Shown here piece by piece: positions 47,835 to 57,636 of a DNA stretch of 64,000 bases. The notes below the pieces were generated by a model. That model ran no database searches. It was not told where the DNA came from and saw nothing but the letters and a program-made list of their open reading frames with translations. The stretch lies in assembly GCA_963675595.2 (NCBI GenBank), contig CAXXLZ010000002.1, positions 3,552,001-3,616,000 of the forward strand. Reading direction: 5' to 3'. Within the stretch, counting starts at the first letter, position 1; each line of letters begins with the position of its first letter. The translations under genes and the position numbers were made by a program. This DNA is from Thermodesulfobacteriota bacterium. GTDB lineage: Bacteria; Desulfobacterota; Desulfarculia; JACQYL01.

Positions 47835-50425
47835 ATACGACGGAACTGCAATACGATCCGCAAGACGTGGAACTGAAGGCACAGGAACGTTGGCGGGAAA
47901 AGAAATTCGACCAGGTGGGTGAGGATCCGTCCAAACCCAAATTCTATTTGCTCGAAATGTTTCCTTACCCCTCCGGTAAGATTCACATGGGGCATGTGCG
48001 GAACTATACGATCGGCGACGTGGTGGCCCGATACAAGCGCATGAGGGGATTCAACGTGCTTCACCCCATGGGGTGGGACGCCTTCGGCATGCCGGCGGAG
48101 AACGCGGCCATAGAGAATAAGGTGCACCCCGCGGAATGGACCAGAAACAACATCCGAGCGATGCGGGACCAACTGAAGCGCATGGGCTTCAGTTACGACT
48201 GGTCACGGGAGCTTGCCACCTGCGACCCCGAATATTATCGGTGGGAACAACTGCTGTTCGTCAGGATGATGGAAAAGGGCTTGGCCTACAGTAAGCGTTC
48301 CCTGGTGAACTGGTGCCCGAAGTGCCAGACCGTATTGGCCAATGAGCAGGTGGAGGACGGCTACTGCTGGCGACACTCCGATCAGGAAGTGGTCAAGAAG
48401 GAGATGGACGGGTGGTTTTTCAAGATTACGGACTATGCGGAGGAGTTGCTGGAATGGACCGATAAGCTCCCCGGCTGGCCGGAGCGGGTGTTGACCATGC
48501 AGAGAAACTGGATCGGTAAGAGCATCGGGGCTCTCATCCGGTTTCCCATGGAAGACGGCGGCGACCCCATCGAGGTCTTCACCACCAGGCAGGACACGCT
48601 GTTCGGGGCCACGTTCATGTGCTTGGCGCCCGAGTTGCCTCGCTCCCGGGAGATTGCGGCGGGCACGGATCAAGAGCCCGAAGTCCGCGCCTTCATCGAG
48701 AAGACGCTGCGGGTGGAAAGCTATTTGCGAGCCTCGGATCAAATGGTCAAAGAAGGGGTGTTCACCGGGAAGTACTGCGTCAATCCCGTCACCGGGCGAA
48801 AGATGCCCGTGTTCATCGCCAATTTCGTCGTGGCCGAGTATGGGGCGGGTGCCGTCATGGCGGTTCCCGCACACGATCAACGCGACTTCGAGTTTGCCCG
48901 GAAATATGAACTCCCGGTGGTGGTCGTGATTCAGCCGACGGATCGGGCTCTGGATCCCGACGCCATGACCGAAGCCTATGTGGATGAAGGGATATTGGTG
49001 AATTCCGGGGAGTTCGACGGCCTGCCCAATCGGGAAGCCATGGACCGGATCGTGGATTACCTGGATTCGAAAGGTTTGGGACGGAGGACGGTGAGTTACC
49101 GATTGCGCGATTGGGGAATCTCCCGTCAGAGATTTTGGGGAGCCCCCATTCCGGTGATCTATTGCGACAAATGCGGGACGGTGCCCGTGCCCGAAAGCGA
49201 CCTCCCCGTGATCCTTCCCGAGGAAGCTCAGTTGAGAGAGAACGGGGGGTCCCCCCTTCCTCATCTCGATTCCTTCGTCAACGTTCCTTGCCCACGATGC
49301 GGGGGACCGGGCCGCAGGGAAACGGACACCATGGACACTTTTGTAGAATCCTCCTGGTATTTCGCCCGATTCTCCTGCGCCGATTACGACGAGGGACCCC
49401 TCGACCCGGAACGGGTCAACTACTGGATGCCGGTGAATCATTACATCGGCGGTATCGAGCACGCCATACTTCACCTGCTCTATTCTCGTTTTTACGTCAA
49501 GGTTATGAGGGACTTCGGGTTGCTGAAGGTGGACGAGCCCTTCACCAATCTCTTGACCCAGGGAATGGTTTGCCACGAAACTTATGAGTGCCCGGTTCAC
49601 GGTTATCTGTTCCCGAGCGAAGTTTCGGAGCTCAAATGTCCCGTGTGCGGCGGTCCGGTGACCGTGGGACCCAAAGTGAAGATGTCCAAATCGAAACGCA
49701 ACGTTGTGGATCCGGCGGTCCTGATTCGGAATTACGGTGCGGACACGGTACGGCTGTTCTGTCTGTTCGCTTCGCCTCCCGAAAGAGACCTGGAATGGAG
49801 CGAGCAGGGCGTCGACGGGGCTTCGCGGTTTCTGGGGAGAGTGTGGCGGCTGGTGACGGAGCGCATGGACGATCTCCGAAACGTAACGCCGTATCGCATG
49901 GAAACTCCGTTAAACGGCATTCTCAAGCAATTGCATCGCAAGACCCACCAAACGATCAAAAAGGTGACGGACGACATCGAAGATCGCTTCCATTTCAACA
50001 CGGCCATCGCGGCGGTTATGGAATTGACGAACTTGGTCTACAAGGTGCTGGACGAATCCGAAGAGTCGGACAAGGCGGCCTTGTCCGTTGCCGCCGAGGC
50101 AATCGAGACGCTGTTGACGCTCCTTTTTCCCTTTGTGCCGCATATCGCGGAAGAGCTGTGGATGCACTATACCGGGGGGCGGGAGTTGATCTCCCGGCCT
50201 TGGCCTGAATACCACCCCGAATCCATTGTTGAGGATGAAATCGAGATTGCGGTTCAGGTCAACGGAAAGCTCCGAAGCCAGATCGTGGTGGAACGGGACG
50301 CCGATCGCGAAACTTTGGAACGGACCGCTTTGAGCGATGAAAGGATTCGGAAGTGGCTGGAAGGCAAAACCATCCGGAAGGTGATCGTGGTTCCCGGAAG
50401 ACTGGTGAACGTGGTCGTCTCTTAA
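47831..50425 (+). CDS. leuS: Leucine--tRNA ligase
   Basis: [57 protein letters not shown]. Confidence 0.98.
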   Translation: MNTTELQYDPQDVELKAQERWREKKFDQVGEDPSKPKFYLLEMFPYPSGKIHMGHVRNYTIGDVVARYKRMRGFNVLHPMGWDAFGMPAENAAIENKVHPAEWTRNNIRAMRDQLKRMGFSYDWSRELATCDPEYYRWEQLLFVRMMEKGLAYSKRSLVNWCPKCQTVLANEQVEDGYCWRHSDQEVVKKEMDGWFFKITDYAEELLEWTDKLPGWPERVLTMQRNWIGKSIGALIRFPMEDGGDPIEVFTTRQDTLFGATFMCLAPELPRSREIAAGTDQEPEVRAFIEKTLRVESYLRASDQMVKEGVFTGKYCVNPVTGRKMPVFIANFVVAEYGAGAVMAVPAHDQRDFEFARKYELPVVVVIQPTDRALDPDAMTEAYVDEGILVNSGEFDGLPNREAMDRIVDYLDSKGLGRRTVSYRLRDWGISRQRFWGAPIPVIYCDKCGTVPVPESDLPVILPEEAQLRENGGSPLPHLDSFVNVPCPRCGGPGRRETDTMDTFVESSWYFARFSCADYDEGPLDPERVNYWMPVNHYIGGIEHAILHLLYSRFYVKVMRDFGLLKVDEPFTNLLTQGMVCHETYECPVHGYLFPSEVSELKCPVCGGPVTVGPKVKMSKSKRNVVDPAVLIRNYGADTVRLFCLFASPPERDLEWSEQGVDGASRFLGRVWRLVTERMDDLRNVTPYRMETPLNGILKQLHRKTHQTIKKVTDDIEDRFHFNTAIAAVMELTNLVYKVLDESEESDKAALSVAAEAIETLLTLLFPFVPHIAEELWMHYTGGRELISRPWPEYHPESIVEDEIEIAVQVNGKLRSQIVVERDADRETLERTALSDERIRKWLEGKTIRKVIVVPGRLVNVVVS

Positions 50426-50444
50426 TCATGCTCGAGGTTGGGCC

Positions 50445-50972
50445 ATGAACTCGAAAAGTATGGCGATTTGCGGTGTGTTGTGTGCCCTGGCGGTATTTTC
50501 CTGGGGTTGCGGTTACGAGATGACGCGAAGCCGCGGAGGGTTGCCCGACCATGTTCGAACCGTAGCCGTTCCGGTCATGGATATCCGGGCCAACGAACCG
50601 GGTTTGGAGCGGGAAGCCACTCGCCTGCTTATCGAGGAATTCAATCGGCGCCCCGAACTGCGCGTGGCGGCTCCCGGGAAGGCCGATGCGGTATTGCACT
50701 GCGTCATCGACCAAGTGGATTTGTCTGCGCTGTCCTACGGCTCGGACGAACACGCTACGGAACGTCGGGTCATTCTCTCCATGGGCTATCGACTGACGGA
50801 CGTAAAAACCGGGAAGGCCATCGCCCAGGCGGATCGACTTTGGTTCCAGGAAGGATACCTGGTAGTCAAAGGAGACCCCGTGGCAACGGATTATAATCGG
50901 AAGGAAGCCCTCAGAAAGATTCTGGCCAATCTCGCGGAAAAAATCAACGAGGGAGCGCTGGGCACCTTTTGA
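50445..50972 (+). CDS. lptE: LptE family lipoprotein
   Basis: Lipobox SWGC-GY; immediately downstream of leuS; LptE-like length and pattern. Confidence 0.75.
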   Translation: MNSKSMAICGVLCALAVFSWGCGYEMTRSRGGLPDHVRTVAVPVMDIRANEPGLEREATRLLIEEFNRRPELRVAAPGKADAVLHCVIDQVDLSALSYGSDEHATERRVILSMGYRLTDVKTGKAIAQADRLWFQEGYLVVKGDPVATDYNRKEALRKILANLAEKINEGALGTF

Positions 50973-51085
50973 ACGGCAGTGCCCGGGAATCGGCAAACCG
51001 AACGGCCGTGGCTCCGACTGCTTGGTGAAGACGCGTCGCGCCTGCGACCGCTGATCGGCGAGGGGGGGGGCTGTTTGAAACGAAA

Positions 51086-51122
51086 GAGTCGTTTCGATAC
51101 GTATCGAAACGACTCCATTTTT
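51086..51122. terminator. Probable bidirectional terminator (30-bp perfect palindrome) between convergent lptE and rpsT
   Basis: GAGTCGTTTCGATACGTATCGAAACGACTC is its own reverse complement; followed by CATTTTT on + and TTTCGTTT on -. Confidence 0.75.
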
Positions 51123-51152
51123 CCGGATGCCGATTACGGGTGAACGACCGTG

Positions 51153-51428
51153 CTATACCGCAGCCTGCCGCAGTTCGTTCACTTTGCGGGTAAGCCGGGA
51201 AACGTACCTGCCCGCCGTATTCCTGTGGAGTACTCCTTTGGCTCCCGCTTTCTGAATCTGGGGAATCGCCTCGCTCAGAGCCTGCTGGGCCTTGGAGATA
51301 TCCTTTTCTTCGATGGATTTCCGGACCTTTTTCATGAGATTGCGTACGCGCGTGCGAACGGATGCATTGCGGGCGCGTCGTTTTTCGTTTTGGCGGGCTC
51401 TCTTGAGAGCGGACGGATGATTGGCCAA
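51153..51428 (-). CDS. rpsT: 30S ribosomal protein S20
   Basis: MANHPSALKRARQNEKRRARN...KGVLHRNTAGRYVSRL; TTG start behind GGAGG. Confidence 0.96.
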   Translation of the reverse strand: MANHPSALKRARQNEKRRARNASVRTRVRNLMKKVRKSIEEKDISKAQQALSEAIPQIQKAGAKGVLHRNTAGRYVSRLTRKVNELRQAAV

Positions 51429-51462
51429 GGTCTTCCTCCGATTGTTTTTTTATGAAGCGCCA

Positions 51463-51491
51463 AATTTACGTCACATCTAATGTGTTGTCAA
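51463..51491 (-). promoter_or_regulatory. Sigma70 promoter for rpsT
   Basis: Minus strand TTGACA-N17-TAAATT. Confidence 0.65.
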
Positions 51492-51759
51492 TGAAAATCT
51501 AACGTCCTTGACGTCCGACTTTCCCACGCATAACATGATTTGGTTCTTAAGTCCCATCGCGAATCCTTGAAGCATAGGCTCTTTGGTATGACGGGCCGGA
51601 TGGGTTCGCCTCCCTCGGACGGGAGGAAGGGCTTCGGGAGAATGGAATGCTCGGCGTGTAGGCTGAGAGAGTAAGCTCAAAACGGATTCTTCGTAATCCG
51701 GTTCGGGGCGTCGTCGGGTCGAAACGTTGCATCGAATCTTCTTAGAAGGAGGGGCGGCC

Positions 51760-52419
51760 GTGCGCACTTGGTTTTCCGAAAAGGATGGTTATTTGCGTCT
51801 TTTCCTCATCCTGATATCGGCCGCGGTTTTCGTTTCGTGCACCTCACCCGGCCAAACACTTCGGGAGGACGTCTCTTCAAATCACAGGGTCGTCTTCATG
51901 ACCGTTCACAGCCATTACCAGGGTCGTCCTTCGGAGCGGGATCGCGTTTTCATGACCTTCCGCAATACGGTGACGGGGCTGCGCTATTCTTCTATGGCCG
52001 TGGATGGATTGCTACTGCTCGATCTTCCCGACGGCCCCTATGAGTTGGTCAAGGTTGAAGTGTGGCATGTGTTGGGCAATGAAATTTTCGGGCAGGCAAG
52101 AGACTACCGTATCGAAGACGCCAAATCGTTCAACGTCAAACCCCTGAGCTTTTGGGTCGGAAGCCCGGGTCCCGCCTTGTATCTGGGAAGCTTCGGCTTG
52201 AATCTATTCCGTCCCGGGGAACTTCGGGGGACCGTTCCTCCGGAAACGGCCGGTCGTCCCGCCACCTTCCGAATTCAGGTTGAGGATCGTTTTCAGCATG
52301 ATCGGGAAGCCTTCGCAAAAGCATTTTCCGATATCAGCCGTCGGCATCCCCAACTTAAGTTCGACTACGACTTGAGGAACAGAGCACTTCCTTCGGCTTA
52401 CTTTCTTTTTGAGTGGTGA
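51760..52419 (+). CDS. Hypothetical lipoprotein
   Basis: GTG start behind AGGAGG; hydrophobic stretch ending FVSC (lipobox); beta-rich body with LPDGPYEL. Confidence 0.6.
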   Translation: MRTWFSEKDGYLRLFLILISAAVFVSCTSPGQTLREDVSSNHRVVFMTVHSHYQGRPSERDRVFMTFRNTVTGLRYSSMAVDGLLLLDLPDGPYELVKVEVWHVLGNEIFGQARDYRIEDAKSFNVKPLSFWVGSPGPALYLGSFGLNLFRPGELRGTVPPETAGRPATFRIQVEDRFQHDREAFAKAFSDISRRHPQLKFDYDLRNRALPSAYFLFEW

Positions 52420-52420
52420 T

Positions 52421-52951
52421 TCACGACACGAGTCGATCAATCTCGCGAAATTCCGCGTAAGAATCCAGGACCGGCTTGAGGTCCGCCCACTTCAAGCGCC
52501 CAAGGATTTCATAAGTCCGGGCATGGACGATCCCTTCCTCTTTTTCCCTGGATCTGCCGGCACAATCGAAACTTTCCATGAATCGCGAAAAGCGCACCAC
52601 GTGGACGAGTTCGTGGGTCAGGATGTACACGGCGAGCGCCGCCAGAGACAGGCGTGAATCCCGGCTTAGAGCCTCCAATATCACATGGTCTTGGAGGCAA
52701 ATCAGATAAAAATCCAATACACGGGAAGGCTGGGGAGGCTTCTCCGGATGTCTGGAATACTTGAATAATTGGGCGAAGGCTTCAAGGGTGATCTCGTCTT
52801 CCCTGAGGCTCCGAAGAGTCTTCACGTCATACCGGAGGCGCTTCCAGGAATCGGAGGATATTTTGTAGTAGTCCGCGGTGGCCTCTTCGGCTATGTTGAG
52901 TGCTTCGTGGATGATATCGAGCTCATGCTCACTGAACCTCTTGAGTTCCAT
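52421..52951 (-). CDS. Hypothetical protein with HExxH (zincin-like) motif
   Basis: YILTHELVHVVRF plus a downstream EE; ATG behind GGAGG. Confidence 0.7.
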   Translation of the reverse strand: MELKRFSEHELDIIHEALNIAEEATADYYKISSDSWKRLRYDVKTLRSLREDEITLEAFAQLFKYSRHPEKPPQPSRVLDFYLICLQDHVILEALSRDSRLSLAALAVYILTHELVHVVRFSRFMESFDCAGRSREKEEGIVHARTYEILGRLKWADLKPVLDSYAEFREIDRLVS

Positions 52952-53042
52952 GAGTCCTACCTCCGAAGAGTCCTTTCCTCTTTCGCGGCCAAATCGTTTT
53001 CTCCCGGGCGTGCGTGGGGTGATTCGTCTTCGACGCCTGCTT

Positions 53043-53828
53043 TCACTTATCTCCCCGTCCTCTTTTCAGGTTTCTGGCCTGCCGGCTGCGTTTCCGATCT
53101 TGCGCGGCGTCATTCTTGCGTCCGCCTTTTTCCTTCCCGCCTCGCCTGCTCTTGGAAGGAAAAATGGATTCGAGGTCCGGATGGAAAGAACCGGGCCCCG
53201 GCGATTCGGGTGCGGATTTCCGGGGCTTGGCCGCTTTGCTTCGAACCTCCTCCTCGGTCTTGTTGATGGGAGGGCCCATCAGGAATTCGGGAGGCAGGAA
53301 GGCTACGAGCACCAATTCCTTTCCGGATCCAAAGAAGCGTACTCCCTTGGCTTGAGCTTTCTCGGCGGACACCTCCAGCAATAAGGGGTCCTGTTCCCGC
53401 CTCTTCCCGAGACGTGAGGCCATGGCCTTGTCTCTGGCCAGGACGACCCAAGGGCCTGAAAACGGCTTCAGCCCGTTCTCCGCGACGTGAGGCCAGGCGC
53501 GACGGCGTATGCCGATGTGGAGAATTTTGGGCGGATGAATGACGTCGAGACGTCCGATTTCAGTGGAACGTTCCAGGGCGCGGATTCTATCCCCATCCGC
53601 CTCGAAATGCGCACCGCGATCGTGGAGGAGCATTTCCCGGAGATGGGACACTTTGACGAAGCGCCAATCTTCCTCCTCGGAAAGCGCCTGTCTCAGGTCC
53701 TTAAAGGCTACGAAACCTGATTCGTCGGGCAGCAGACCGAACTCACTCGGAGCTCTGCCCAACACGTATAGAATCATCCGCTCGATTTGTTCCTGCTTAT
53801 GCCGGGTCTTCTTGTCCATTTTGCTCAA
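53043..53828 (-). CDS. KptA/Tpt1-like RNA 2'-phosphotransferase homologue, catalytically degenerate
   Basis: YVLG..P.EFGL..D..GFV, RIRA, PP..L, NGLKP, A..LG.R, LEV.A, LPPEFL follow the KptA layout; basic C-terminal tail. Confidence 0.7.
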   Translation of the reverse strand: MSKMDKKTRHKQEQIERMILYVLGRAPSEFGLLPDESGFVAFKDLRQALSEEEDWRFVKVSHLREMLLHDRGAHFEADGDRIRALERSTEIGRLDVIHPPKILHIGIRRRAWPHVAENGLKPFSGPWVVLARDKAMASRLGKRREQDPLLLEVSAEKAQAKGVRFFGSGKELVLVAFLPPEFLMGPPINKTEEEVRSKAAKPRKSAPESPGPGSFHPDLESIFPSKSRRGGKEKGGRKNDAAQDRKRSRQARNLKRGRGDK

Positions 53829-54183
53829 AATAGATGATGGTGTTTCTTGCGCCCTTGTCCGAATACAAAAAGTGAAAAGTCGGACTCCATGAAGCGATTT
53901 CAGGGGCCTGCGTCAAATCTCTACATACAGAATATCCCACGATGTGTCGATGCCGCAATAACGTAACATAATGGGAAGAGGTCGCGTCGGTATGTAACGA
54001 CGACGGGCCGAGGGGTGGATTTTGTGTTTGAATTTCTTTCGGGGAGCCTTTCTACAAGGGCAGGTTCCATGCCGATATGGTTGCCTCATCGAAAATAATG
54101 CCTGCGGAAGGTGAAGCGTTGACGTAAACTTATTGCTTGATATGAGTGTAGACGTCAAAAACGGATGGGACCGAAGTTTTCTA

Positions 54184-54212
54184 TTGAAATCCCAGATGGG
54201 GATGGGTATAAA
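54184..54212 (+). promoter_or_regulatory. Sigma70-like promoter upstream of the M23 peptidase
   Basis: TTGAAA-N17-TATAAA, 275 nt before the ATG. Confidence 0.5.
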
Positions 54213-54487
54213 ACTTGATCCAAAGAGTTGCTTTTCCTCGTATGCCATGTTTCATGGATTCTTGCACGCGTGACGCCGTGTGCCGATTTTTTGTGATATG
54301 TCTACTCCTCGTTGATTCTCGGGTTTCAGGACAAGCGGGTGGTAGTATGTCTCAAGCCCCCCCTTTGAAATCCAAGAAATAGTTTCTTTTTCACCAGAGG
54401 AATAAGCGACTTCATGTCTCGTTTGCCGATGCTTTTATAAAATACCGATCGGGTTCAGACGTTAATTTAGAGACGGATAGGGGAATC

Positions 54488-56032
54488 ATGATCGAAGCCG
54501 ATGTAGCTTCCAAGTCCGGAAAAAGGATTTTGGTCGTCCTGGGTATCGCCGCATATACACTACTGGCCTTTTTCTTCTTCAGCACTTCCTGGGATTTCGC
54601 CGACGCCAAAAGTGACACATCCCGTGAAGCAACATCCGCAACAACCGGAGTATCCCAATCCAAGAGCGCGAGTGAAAGCTTGGGTGAAGTGCGTGCATCC
54701 TCGTCACAGGCTTCGAAATCGACCTCTCGCTCACCCGGTATTATGAGTTTTTGGCAAAACCTTACATCATCCGCCGGCAGCGCAGGCCTTTCTCCGACTT
54801 TGCTGTACACTTCCGCTCCTCCCGCCTCGCCGGTTGAAGAGCGACTTACAACATCCGACCCACTAGTTGATTCGTCGGGGGCGGACTCGATGAACGTCGT
54901 GGAAGAAACCCTCACGTTCAAGCGAGGGGATTCCTTCTTTGAAAATGCGGTCCGCCTCGGTCTGGACCGTACCGAGGTCGCGGATATCGTCAACAAAGCG
55001 CGAGCGAAGTTGGACCCCAGACGTATCGCCATCGGGGACCTGCTCACTTTAAGACGAATGGAGGGGAACTCGTGCTGGTTCCAATTGGTCTATGAGAAGA
55101 AGAACGAATATCGAGTGGTTGTTGAACCGGAAGGCGACGGATGCCTGGTCGAGAAAGAGCCCATCGCACTAACCCCAAAATTGAACGTGGTCGAAGGGAC
55201 CATCGAGAGCTCTCTTTATGAGAGCGCGCTCGAAGCGGGGCTTTCTCCATTCCTGATTCAGGAGCTGGCGGACATCTACAGCTGGGACATCGATTTTCTT
55301 GTGGACATCCGCCGCGGGGACCGGTTTCGAGTCGTATACGAAACCTGGTATAGGGACGGCGAGAGAGTCAAAGACGGAGCCATTCTGGCTTGTCGGTTCA
55401 TTAACGATGGTCAAACCGTCGATGCGTTCCGATATCGCGACGAACAGGGAAGGGAAGGATATTACGATCGTCAAGGCAGGAATCTGCAAAAACGTTTCCT
55501 CAAGTCCCCTTTACAATACCGCAGAATCAGTTCCTACTTCTCCAATAGGCGGTTTCATCCCATACTGAAAATCTATCGCCCCCATCATGGTGTTGATTAT
55601 GCCGCACCGACCGGGACACCGGTACAGTCCATCGGCGACGGAAAGGTAACTTTTGCCGGCTGGAAAAGAGGATATGGGAGATTCATCAAGATCCGGCATC
55701 CCAACGGCATGATTTCCTGCTATGGTCACCTCTCCAGCTTTGCCAAGGGACTTCGCTCGGGGAAGCGCGTCCAACAGGGTGAGTTCATCGGGCGCGTGGG
55801 GATGACGGGATTGGCCACGGGCCCCCACCTCGACTTCCGCATGTCCGTGAACGGCAGGTTCGTGGATCCGCTGAAGCTTCTTCGCAAATCACCGCCTTTG
55901 AAGTCCCTGGACTCCTCACTGAGGCAAGCGTTCAACGAAACGGCGGAGGAATATTCCCCCTATTTGGAGGAGGGCGGGAGCTTTTTGGCACAGGCGCCCA
56001 CCTCGAGTCGAGGGCCCAGATTCATGCCTTGA
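54488..56032 (+). CDS. M23 family peptidoglycan DD-endopeptidase (MepM-like)
   Basis: N-terminal TM and Ser/Thr-rich linker; WDIDF..DIR.GD, RISS.F..R.HP, HHGVDYAAP.GTP, YGHL, TGLATGPHLDF. Confidence 0.92.
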   Translation: MIEADVASKSGKRILVVLGIAAYTLLAFFFFSTSWDFADAKSDTSREATSATTGVSQSKSASESLGEVRASSSQASKSTSRSPGIMSFWQNLTSSAGSAGLSPTLLYTSAPPASPVEERLTTSDPLVDSSGADSMNVVEETLTFKRGDSFFENAVRLGLDRTEVADIVNKARAKLDPRRIAIGDLLTLRRMEGNSCWFQLVYEKKNEYRVVVEPEGDGCLVEKEPIALTPKLNVVEGTIESSLYESALEAGLSPFLIQELADIYSWDIDFLVDIRRGDRFRVVYETWYRDGERVKDGAILACRFINDGQTVDAFRYRDEQGREGYYDRQGRNLQKRFLKSPLQYRRISSYFSNRRFHPILKIYRPHHGVDYAAPTGTPVQSIGDGKVTFAGWKRGYGRFIKIRHPNGMISCYGHLSSFAKGLRSGKRVQQGEFIGRVGMTGLATGPHLDFRMSVNGRFVDPLKLLRKSPPLKSLDSSLRQAFNETAEEYSPYLEEGGSFLAQAPTSSRGPRFMP

Positions 56033-56055
56033 GGGAACCCCCGCTTATTTCGATG

Positions 56056-56075
56056 CCTCGGGATTTTTCCCGAGG
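56056..56075. terminator. Stem-loop between the convergent M23 and dctP genes
   Basis: CCTCGGGA-TTTT-TCCCGAGG; U-tract weak or absent. Confidence 0.4.
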
Positions 56076-56113
56076 ATATCGGGCACGGCCGGAATCCCCA
56101 CAAAATCCGGTAT

Positions 56114-57118
56114 TCAGTAAATATCGGACTCCGCCACGCCGCGACTCAGTGTGTTGAACCATTCCGCCCCGATCCATTGACGCCAGTTCTCATACAAGGG
56201 GGCCATTCGAGTCTTGAAGGCCTTCAAGTCCTCTTGATCCATCCATAGGACGGATAGTCCCCGGGACTGGGCTCCGGCCAGAGCATACACTTCCTGCTGC
56301 ACTTGGTAGCCTCGGTTCACATCCTCGAAATCTTCCGCGGCCTTAAGGAGAATCGCTTTGAATTTTGGAGCGAGTTCGCTCCAGACACGGCCGTTGATGA
56401 CCAGGATTCCCAGGTCGATGCCCCTGAAGGGAACCGTGATGAATCGGTTCACGGTTTTCAGTTCGGGCGAAAGCACCTGATCAAGGGAAATCTGGACCGC
56501 GGTGACTTCCCTGCTTTTCAAGGCTTGGGCGAGCCGTTCCTTTCCAAGGGCCGAAGGGATCGCTTCGAGGGCGGTCATTGTGTCATAGAATAGGGGGTCC
56601 TCGGGGCCGTTGACCCTGAGTCCCCGGAAGTCTTGCGGACGTTCCAACGGCTTTTCGCCGTTGACGATCGCCGGCACCCCGTAGTAGACCCAAGCCAAAG
56701 CGGCCAGACCTTTGGGGTCGAACAAATCGAAAAGGGCTTTGCGGAATTCTCCATCGAGTATGCGGAACGTCCTGCGCCGATCGGTGAAAAAGAAAGGCAT
56801 ACCCGGAAGACTCGATTGGGGTACGATTTGGAGCGTGTAACGAAGCGGCAAGGCCGCCATTTCAAGATTGCCTGCGAGAACCTGTTCAAGTAGGGATCGG
56901 TCCTCGCCCATCCGGCCTTCAGGAATGACTTCCACTCCGATGGTTTTGCTGGTTGCCGTTTCCACACGGTGTTTAAAGGCCAGGGCTCCGATGTTTACGG
57001 AGTGAGCCAGCGGCCTGCTGTGAGCAAGTCTGAGTTCGATGGTTGAGGCGAGGCAAAGACTGCTCGAGCCGGCGAACGATAGAACAACCAGGAGAATAAC
57101 CGGGAAGAACGGAAACAT
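56114..57118 (-). CDS. TRAP transporter substrate-binding protein (DctP family)
   Basis: Signal peptide; LRLAH, G.MG.D, G.LEMA, PFFF, P.DFRGLRV; start ATG 57118. Confidence 0.82.
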   Translation of the reverse strand: MFPFFPVILLVVLSFAGSSSLCLASTIELRLAHSRPLAHSVNIGALAFKHRVETATSKTIGVEVIPEGRMGEDRSLLEQVLAGNLEMAALPLRYTLQIVPQSSLPGMPFFFTDRRRTFRILDGEFRKALFDLFDPKGLAALAWVYYGVPAIVNGEKPLERPQDFRGLRVNGPEDPLFYDTMTALEAIPSALGKERLAQALKSREVTAVQISLDQVLSPELKTVNRFITVPFRGIDLGILVINGRVWSELAPKFKAILLKAAEDFEDVNRGYQVQQEVYALAGAQSRGLSVLWMDQEDLKAFKTRMAPLYENWRQWIGAEWFNTLSRGVAESDIY

Positions 57119-57636
57119 GGTCCCGGCGGGAGATTTCGGCTTAGCTCCCGACTTTCCGCCGTGCCGCGGCCCGTTGAGAACCGAAAGCGCAAGACCCGGA
57201 AGACCGCTTTTTCGAAACCGTGCTTTCTTCCGGAAACCCTCAGCAGGCTTATGCCCGAACAGATCGTGAGACGCGATTGCGTTTGTTTTGTGTGGCGCGA
57301 GAGTTGTCGGCCGGCACACATTCACGGGACGCTCCATTGGAAAATTCCTTCACGGTCATCCCGGCGACGGCTTTCCGGGAGAATTGCCGGGAGGCGTACC
57401 CCCCGATAGAAGCCCATATCCAGCGGTTTCTCCCATAGTCTGCCGTCGGAGAACGCAGGGGGACACTTCCATCTCTCACCTCGGACCGGGACCGAGAGGT
57501 CGGGCACCGAAAGTGAGTGTCCATTTCCGGGCGGCCTTCAACGGGGTCGGGAACCTGCCGCGTAATGCGCCGCCGACGGAAATTTGCATCAGCATCCGGA
57601 ATGCATTCGAATTTGTCAAGAGACTAAGCGGAGACC

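Noticed and set aside
57293-57308. TGGCGC-N5-TTGT as a sigma54 promoter
   Set aside because: It lacks the invariant -12 GC and is far from a suitable start.
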